Assembly: GCA_030141605.1 (NCBI GenBank)
Contig: JAQGDQ010001962.1
Coordinates: forward strand, 1 to 19,236
DNA: 19,236 bases
Direction of reading: 5' to 3'
Origin: Tubiluchus corallicola
Lineage: Eukaryota > Animalia > Priapulida
Shown here in pieces: positions 12,026 to 19,236 of the stretch. The first letter of the stretch is position 1; each line of letters starts with the position of its first letter. The translations under genes and the position numbers were made by a program. The notes beneath the pieces are model-generated. The model did not search any database and had not been told where the DNA came from. It was given only the letters and a program-made list of their open reading frames with translations.

Positions 12026-12237
12026 AATATAGGTTTAATATAGGTTTAATATAGATTTAATATAGGTTTAATATAGGTTTAATATAGATTTAATATAGGT
12101 TTAATATAGGTTTAATATAGGTTTAATATAGGTTTAATATAGGTTTAATATAGGTTTAATATAGGTTTAATATAGATTTAATATAGATTTAATATAGGTT
12201 TAATATAGGTTTAATATAAGTTTAATATAGGTTTAAT
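12026..12237. repeat. 11-bp minisatellite (AATATAGGTTT), ~19 copies
   Basis: Direct reading. Confidence 0.97.
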
Positions 12238-12323
12238 TAAAAAAGTAAAATAATTCCAAAAATTCCACCAATAAAAGATATGTAGTTGGAGATTAGAAGA
12301 TCAATGTGAATCGCAAAACGTTA

Positions 12324-13284
12324 GGGTGCGTTTAGACTAGCGAATTTTCTCACCAAGTTAACTCGTCAAGTAACTCGCCAGCTGTTCAGACTAGGAACCA
12401 AGTCCTCCTGCAAGTTTCGACAGTAAGACCTAGCTGACACTCATTAACAACAAAAAGTGTCGAGAGTAACTTGCCGAGGCGTTTTCACTAGACAGTAACT
12501 CGTCGAGGCGTTCACACTAGACAGTAACTCGTCTAAGCTTTCACACTAGACAGTAACTCGTCGAGGCGTTTACACTAGACAGTAACTCGTCGGGGCGTTC
12601 ACACTAGACAGTAACTCGTCGAGGCGTTTAAACTAGACAGTAACTCGTTGAGGCGTTTACACTAGACAGTAACTCGTCGAGGCGTTCACACTAGACAGTA
12701 GCTCGTCTAAGCTTTCACACTAGACAGTAACTCGCCGAGGCGTTTACACTAGACAGTAACTCGTCGAGACGTTTAAACTAGACAGTAACTCGTTGAGGTG
12801 TTCACACTAGACAGTAACTCGCCTAGGCGTTTACACTAGACAGTAACTCGCCGATGCGTTTGCAATAGACAGTAACTCGCCGATGCGTTTACACTAGACA
12901 GTAACTCGTCGAGGCGCTCACACTAGACAGTAACTCGACGATGCGTTTACACTAGACAGTAACTCGCCGATGCGTTTGCATTAGACAGTAACTCGCCGAT
13001 GCGTTTACACTAGACAGTAACTCGTCGAGGCGCTCACACTAGACAGTAACTCGTTTAAGCTTTCATACTAGACAGTAACTCGTCTAAGCTTTCACACTAG
13101 ACAGTAACTCGTCGAGGCGTTTACACTAGACAGTAACTCGTCTAAGCTTTCACACTAGACAGTAACTCACAGAAACTGTCAGAGAGTTTACAATTTCTCT
13201 CAGGACAGTAACTCGTAAAAACGTTCACACTTGCGAATTTGCTGTCAGAGATAAAGCTCAAAACTTGCTAGTCTGAACGCGCCA
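12324..13284. mobile_element. PIF/Harbinger-type MITE with an internal tandem array
   Basis: TTA target duplication (12321-12323, 13285-13287). TIRs GGGTGCGTTTAGACTAGCGAATTT versus reverse complement TGGCGCGTTCAGACTAGCAAGTTT (19/24). Confidence 0.85.
12465..13168. repeat. 29-bp tandem array (CACTAGACAGTAACTCGTCGAGGCGTTYA), ~24 copies
   Basis: Direct reading; the unit contains the TIR-like motif GCGTTYACACTAG. Confidence 0.97.
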
Positions 13285-13514
13285 TTAGTCAGCATCTGCA
13301 AATAACATTATGCAAATGATAACAATGATGTATAATTCCCAACAATAATTGATCAATCAGCTACAATTAGATGGTGTTACGTCATTGTTCAACTGACTGG
13401 ACAAACGTAATACAGATGGCGCTGTGATAGCACCACTGATGAGGCACTGTTAGCAATTACCACTACAAACAAGAGTCCCTTCAAACCGAGTCCTTGCGTT
13501 GCGGTGTATTTAAC

Positions 13515-13585
13515 AATCGAAGTTAAGCAGTGGTGTGCCCGGTTAGTAACTCGGTTGGGTGACCACAAGGATAACTGCTTCTGGC
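13515..13585 (+). pseudogene. 5S rRNA-derived segment (internal control region), either a 5S pseudogene or a SINE3-type head
   Basis: CGAAGTTAAGCAgtggtgtGCCCGGTTAGTAaCTcGGtTGGGTGACC aligns with the invertebrate 5S sequence as I recall it, CGAAGTTAAGCAACGTCGGGCCCGGTTAGTACTTGGATGGGTGACC (A box, intermediate element, C box). Confidence 0.8.
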
Positions 13586-14204
13586 CTCTGGATATTTCTC
13601 TCCGTGAGACATGTAGCAGACAAACAAATCTGTTTTTTCCACATTTCATCTTGGAGAAGTGTACTGTAACGGTTACAAATCCTTGCATGGTTGCGGGTTC
13701 AATACTCAAGTCGGATGCTTTCAAAATTTTGAAATGAACACCAGGCGCCTAAGCTTCACGGTATAAATATACTGTTTTTTGTTGGACTGAAATTAATAAT
13801 ATTATTTTAATTTTATCGAATCTAATTTTAATTTAATTTAATTGTAATTGAATTATAATTGTAATCTAATAAGGTCTGCTGACACCCTCTGCATAGATGC
13901 ACCCTTATTTACATTACAACAAGTATAATAACGAAGTCGCAGCACCCCTGCGTGGTTACGCCATCCAGTAGATTACATTAAGTTTGATAAGGCGTCTACA
14001 TCCCTTTGCGTCAGACCAGTAGACATTCCGTAATACATTCGTGCTATCGGTAATGTTTTGCTAATTGTGTGGCAGCTGAGATCAATAAAGGTTTTGATAA
14101 AGGTTTTGATAAAGGTTGACAAAGTGGAGCTTATGGCGATTTGTTGGTGACAGAAACTTTCCCGAAAAAAAAACAGATTTTTTTTCTCCAGTAAAATATT
14201 CGTA

Positions 14205-14557
14205 TATAAAATTAGGCAAGTTTTAAGAAAAAAATTCAAATTTCAAATTTACCGCCATGGTCATACATTATCTGTTGAACGTGTGCAGTTTCGCCAGAAA
14301 CTAACACATCTGAACTGAGAGGTACAGCACTTGTTTTTTGTTCAACCCCTTCCGAAATGCAGCCGCTACTGCCCGTCTAGCTATTGAAGGGTGAAATACA
14401 TGTAACAGCGAAGAACTAGTGGCGTGAACGTGAAATTGTGTTTGTGTGGTAATAATTCTTTCACGTAAGTCATTTTTGGAAAAACAGTATGTTTCTTTCG
14501 GTATTTTAAAGAGTAGATTGTTTTGCCCTGCATTTTAATATTGGGTCTGGTTTTGCT
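14205..14557 (-). mobile_element. Kolobok-like family A copy, reverse orientation, partial
   Basis: Ends GGTTTTGCT|TTAA (14558-14561); its reverse complement aligns with 7473-7682 and 14735-14995. Confidence 0.8.
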
Positions 14558-14734
14558 TTAAGAAGTTTTGTATTTATTGAAAATCATTACTTTTTATTTT
14601 TTTTATATTTTAAAATTCTCTGAATACTTTTTAATTCAATGAACTGCCGCGCCACGTTTGTTTTGCAAAAATGAATGACGAACTTATTCATTCGTTTTGA
14701 GTAACGGGATTGTTAGGTTGGACTGGATTATTAA

Positions 14735-15257
14735 AGTAAAACTAAACAAAATATTAAACTGTAAGTCAAAACAATCTACACTTTATTATATTTGAAATTA
14801 AATATACCATTTTTTCAAAAATGACTTAGGCGAAAGAATTACTACCACACAAACGAAGCGTTGCCCAAAAACAGGAGCTGTATCTCTCAGTTCAGATGTG
14901 TTAGTTTGTGATGAACTGCACACGTTCGACAGCTCATGCGCGACTACAGCGGTAAATTTGAAATTTGATTTTTTTCTCTTTAACTTGCCTAGTACAAGAC
15001 ACTGAATATCTTACAGTAGCACTTTACTTCAATTTTTGTTTTTGCAAACACGTGCAACACGCTCGTGGAATACTTTTGCTGTTGAAAATTATGTTAGTTT
15101 GTGATGTCGTCAATAGTTGGGCGCGCCCGCCGTTAAATAAGTTTTTAATCCATTATTTAATTATCATAAATGCCTTTGCAGTATTAATTATGTTAAAATG
15201 TATACTTTTACGGTACTTGAAAATTGGGTAGCATATAAAAAATCATTCCGCCTTCCT
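14735..15257 (+). mobile_element. Kolobok-like family A copy retaining both termini, ~520 bp
   Basis: TTAA|AGTAAAACT ... TTCCGCCTTCCT|TTAA. The right terminus is supported by the homologous AGGAAGCCG at 16847. It lacks a ~90-bp segment present in the 14205 and 7473 copies. Confidence 0.75.
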
Positions 15258-15353
15258 TTAAAGAATGCTGGAAAGAGATGGTATTTAGTTTTATACATGT
15301 ATATCGCTGTATTCATTTGTATGGAAATATTATTCGTTTTAAAACATGTTGAG

Positions 15354-15585
15354 TCAATAATGCGCCAACATTTCACGTCGTGGTGACTTGCTCTCTGACA
15401 GGACAAATTTAATCTTGCACTGATGGTTTTTACTCAATAATGCGCTAGCATTTCACGTCGTGGTGACATGCTCTCTGACAGGACAAATTTAATCTTGCAC
15501 TGATGGTTTTTACTCAATAATGCGCCAGCATCTCACGTCGTGGTGACTTGCTCTCTGACAGGACAAATTTAATCTTGCACTGATG
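15354..15585 (+). repeat. 80-bp tandem repeat, three copies, probably at a LINE 3' end
   Basis: Units start at 15354, 15434 and 15514, followed by CTGCCCCAGTCAAACCAAACTTGATTGATT (short TGAT tail). Confidence 0.92.
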
Positions 15586-15666
15586 CTGCCCCAGTCAAAC
15601 CAAACTTGATTGATTCGATACTGTTAACTTTTTACAAGCAGCAATGATGAGAGTTCAGTGGTCACC

Positions 15667-15680
15667 CCAGTAGGGGGCGC
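15667..15680 (+). promoter_or_regulatory. CTCF-consensus-like motif
   Basis: CCAGTAGGGGGCGC fits CCASYAGRKGGCRS and lies in a small CpG-rich patch. Function is not shown. Confidence 0.4.
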
Positions 15681-16385
15681 CGGCGCCGAAACGGACGCCC
15701 GAATACCTCTCTCACAGAAACATCACCAAGATCAGTAGTGTGAATGTTTAGATTGTTTGCCTAACTGTAGTAAAGGTTTGCTTTTGTTGATCACTGCATT
15801 AATGTAATTGAAAGTGCAACCACCTCGGACTACATCCGCCCCCCTGAAACGACCATGGGCTAAATGAAATGATACTTGCAAATGATTTTTCCTTTGAAAC
15901 ACTTTAACAGCAACGAGGGAAGTCTTCGAATTCAGTAAAATAGCTTTCGTGGAAGAAACTGTTGGATTACTGTTGTCAGCAGTTTCAGATGTTTATTATC
16001 AAAATGTTTGCTATGTTTTTGACAAAATAGTCAACATTTCGATCGAATTATCCATATTTGTCAAATAAATGTAAACTACATCAAAATGGAATTTATTTTG
16101 AACAAAACTGTTCATTATCAAGACATCTAAAACAAAGAAATTTACCAGAATTTAGAAACAACATCGAAATGCAATTCACTCCACAAACAAACAAACAATT
16201 AGGTTAGCAGTAACAGAACTGTCAATTTTAGGCAGCTGCCATTTTGTTACTGAATTCCGTAGACCATAATGCACTGCTGGTATTGTTTCAAGCTCAATGA
16301 AACATTGAATAAGTACACAAATTATCAGACAAGCAATCAAACGAACAAACAAATATACAAACAATTGTTTAATCTCACATCAGAT

Positions 16386-16653
16386 CTAATCTTAACTTTA
16401 CCCTCTGCTTGATCTCCCACAAAACTAATCTTAATTTCACCCTCTGCTTGATCTCCCAAAAAACTAATCTTAACTTTACCATCTGCTTGATCTCCCCCAA
16501 AACTAATATTAATTTTACCCTCTGCTTGATCTCACAATAATACCAATCTCAATTTTACCCTCTGCTTGATCTCACAATAATACCAATCTTAATTTTACCC
16601 TCTGCTTGATCTCACACAAAATTAATCTTAATTTTACCCTCTGCTTGATCTCA
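16386..16653. repeat. 39/40-bp minisatellite, ~7 copies
   Basis: CTAATCTTAATTTTACCCTCTGCTTGATCTCCCACAAAA starts at 16386, 16425, 16464, 16503, 16543, 16583 and 16622. Confidence 0.95.
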
Positions 16654-16846
16654 CTTTTGCTTCACCCCCTCTTATTCTCTGCTTAATCTCGCACAGTTTC
16701 CAACCTTACCTACGCCCTACGTAGCGTAATTTCACTCATTACTAAATCTCGTATCAGTTTCACATAACCTTACACAAGTTTAGTTTAGCAAAAAATAAAT
16801 CACGACTACTTGCACTTGATCTGACACCGACCCGAGGCATTAGTAA

Positions 16847-17429
16847 AGGAAGCCGTAATTACAAAGATTTCTTCTGCTTAGTTAGTCCAATTAAACTCTC
16901 ACGGTTGATTTACAAGCACGTAAAAATGCTTGTTTATTTAATTGCTGGGGGGAAATTCCGCTAAATGATGATTTGAACAGAGGAAAATGTGTATTAACTA
17001 TTTCTATTGTTTTGAGTTGCTGTTGCTTTTAGATCAATTCATTAAACTTGATCCAGCGACGAGCAAAAGCGGGGGAACGTATTTGCGTTTTCTTTTGTTT
17101 GTTTGTATGTTTGCTAGTTTGTCAGTCAGTCAGTCAGTCAGTCAGTCAGTCAGTCAGTCAGTCAGTCAGTCAGTCAGTCAGCCAATCAGTGATGCCGTCA
17201 CAAGTGAACATGGTTTTCAACAGCACAAACATTGCACAAGGAAGTTGCACGTGTTTGTGAACTACTGTGCTTCTGTACAACATTCAGTGTGATGTACGAA
17301 ATAGTTAACTAAAAATTCAAATTTCAAATTTACAACTGCTTTCTCGCAGGCGCTCTCGTACGTGTGCACTACGTCTCAACTGAACACCTCCGAACTAAGA
17401 CGTACAGCAAGTATTTTTTGCGTCGCAAC
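16847..17429 (-). mobile_element. Kolobok-like family A copy, reverse orientation, diverged and interrupted by the 43-bp satellite
   Basis: 17180-17429 aligns in reverse complement with 14860-15120 (CAAACACGTGCAAC, TGCTGTTGAAAA, AAATTTGAAATTTGA); terminus AGGAAGCCG at 16847. Confidence 0.72.
17095..17180. repeat. (GTTT)n/(GTCA)n microsatellite inside the family A copy
   Basis: Direct reading. Confidence 0.93.
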
Positions 17430-17431
17430 TC

Positions 17432-19236
17432 TGCCCATATGCAGGCTATATCCTACCCTATATCAAGGTGCAAGTGCCCGTACGCAGGCTATATCCTACC
17501 CTATATCAAGGTGCAAGTGCCCATACGCAGGCTATATCCTACCCTATATCAAGGTGCAAGTGCCCATATGCAGGCTATATCCTACCCTACATCCAGGCGC
17601 AAGTGCCCATATGCAGGCTATATCCTACCCTACATCCAGGCGCAAGTGCCCATATGCAGGCTATATCCTACCCTATATCAAGGTGCAAGTGCCCATATGC
17701 AGGTATATCCTACCCTATATCAAGGTGCAAGTGCCCATATGCAGGCTATATCCTACCCTATATCAAGGTGCAAGTGCCCATACGCAGGCTATATCCTACC
17801 CTATATCAAGGTGCAAGTGCCCATACGCAGGCTATATCCTACCCTACATATAGGCGCAAGTGCCCATATGCAGGCTATATACTACCCTACATCCAGGCGC
17901 AAGTGCCCATATGCAGGCTATATCCTACCCTACATCCAGGCGCAAGTGCCCATATGCAGGCTATATCCTACCCTATATCAAGGTGCAAGTGCCCATATGC
18001 AGGTATATCCTACCCTATATCCAGGCGCAAGTGCCCATATGCAGGTATATCCTACCCTATATCAAGGTGCAAGTGCCCATATGCAGGCTATATCCTACCC
18101 TATATCAAGGTGCAAGTGCCCATATGCAGGCTATATCCTACCCTATATCAAGGTGCAAGTGCCCATATGCAGGCTATATCCTACCCTATATCAAGGTGCA
18201 AGTGCCCATATGCAGGCTATATCCTACCCTATATCAAGGTGCAAGTGCCCATATGCAGGCTATATCCTACCCTATATCAAGGTGCAAGTGCCCATATGCA
18301 GGCTATATCCTACCCTATATCAAGGTGCAAGTGCCCATATGCAGGCTATATCCTACCCTATATCAAGGTGCAAGTGCCCATATGCAGGCTATATCCTACC
18401 CTATATCAAGGTGCAAGTGCCCATATGCAGGCTATATTCTACCCTACATCCAGGTGCAAGTGCCCATATGCAGGCTATATCCTACCCTACATCCAGGCGC
18501 AAGTGCCCATATGCAGGCTATATCCTACCCTATATCAAGGTGCAAGTGCCCATATGCAGGCTATATCCTACCCTATATCAAGGTGCAAGTGCCCATATGC
18601 AGGCTATATCCTACCCTATATCAAGGTGCAAGTGCCCATATGCAGGCTATATCCTACCCTATATCAAGGTGCAAGTGCCCATATGCAGGCTATATCCTAC
18701 CCTATATCAAGGTGCAAGTGCCCATATGCAGGCTATATCCTACCCTACATCCAGGCGCAAGTGCCCATATGCAGGCTATATCCTACCCTACATCAAGGCG
18801 CAAGTGCCCATATGCAGGCTATATCCTACCCTATATCAAGGTGCAAGTGCCCATATGCAGGCTATATCCTACCCTATATCAAGGTGCAAGTGCCCATATG
18901 CAGGCTATATCCTACCCTATATCAAGGTGCAAGTGCCCATATGCAGGCTATATCCTACCCTATATCAAGGTGCAAGTGCCCATATGCAGGCTATATCCTA
19001 CCCTATATCAAGGTGCAAGTGCCCATATGCAGACTATATCCTACCCTATATCAAGGTGCAAGTGCCCATATGCAGGCTATATTCTACCCTACATCCAGGT
19101 GCAAGTGCCCATATGCAGGTATATCCTAACCTTTAACAAGGTGCAAGTGCCCATATGCAGGTATATCCTACCCTATATCAAGGTGCAAGTGCCCATATGC
19201 AGGCTATATCCTACCCTATATCAAGGTGCAAGTGCC
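17432..19236. repeat. 43-bp satellite (TGCCCATATGCAGGCTATATCCTACCCTATATCAAGGTGCAAG), ~42 copies, running off the window end
   Basis: Direct reading, with occasional 42-bp variants; explains the three overlapping ORFs. Confidence 0.98.

Noticed and set aside
12026-12237. Telomere-like repeat
   Set aside because: Interstitial, short, and not a telomeric motif I recognise.
12465-13168. CRISPR-like array
   Set aside because: No unique spacers, no cas genes and a eukaryotic context; the variable part is a set of point variants of one sequence.
13431-13535. Hammerhead ribozyme (CTGATGAG with flanking stem)
   Set aside because: The partner motif is GAAG rather than GAAA and no UH site is suitably placed; the segment is explained by 5S homology.
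14085-14118. ATAAAGGTTTTG in three copies
   Set aside because: Trivial slippage repeat.
15588-15600. Match to 28S rRNA antisense (GCCCCAGTCAAAC)
   Set aside because: Only 13 bp, with no flanking homology.
17362-19136. ORFs of 163-590 aa
   Set aside because: The 43-bp monomer lacks stops in all + frames and its length is not a multiple of three.

Overview
Repeat-dense, AT-rich eukaryotic DNA, most likely from an invertebrate bilaterian (inferred from the invertebrate-type 5S motif, a CTCF-like site and the transposon families present). No intact host gene is evident, and nearly all long ORFs in the track are artefacts of tandem repeats. Recognisable elements: an internally deleted pogo-type Tc1/mariner element with a transposase C-terminus (2269-2915); a decayed CR1/L2-group LINE reverse transcriptase (~6777-7453); a piggyBac-type MITE (8221-8676); a PIF/Harbinger-type MITE with an internal 29-bp array (12324-13284); four copies of one TTAA-flanked Kolobok-like family, plus a possible second Kolobok-like element carrying a 72-bp array; 5S- and tRNA-derived fragments; several probable LINE 3' ends; and many micro-, mini- and satellite arrays (11, 15, 25, 39, 43, 72, 80 bp). 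Two patterns stand out. First, tandem arrays repeatedly arise from or within DNA-transposon termini. Second, the 5S-derived segment's 5' half appears to be replaced by a long hairpin that keeps helix-II-like pairing. All alignments and folds were done by eye.
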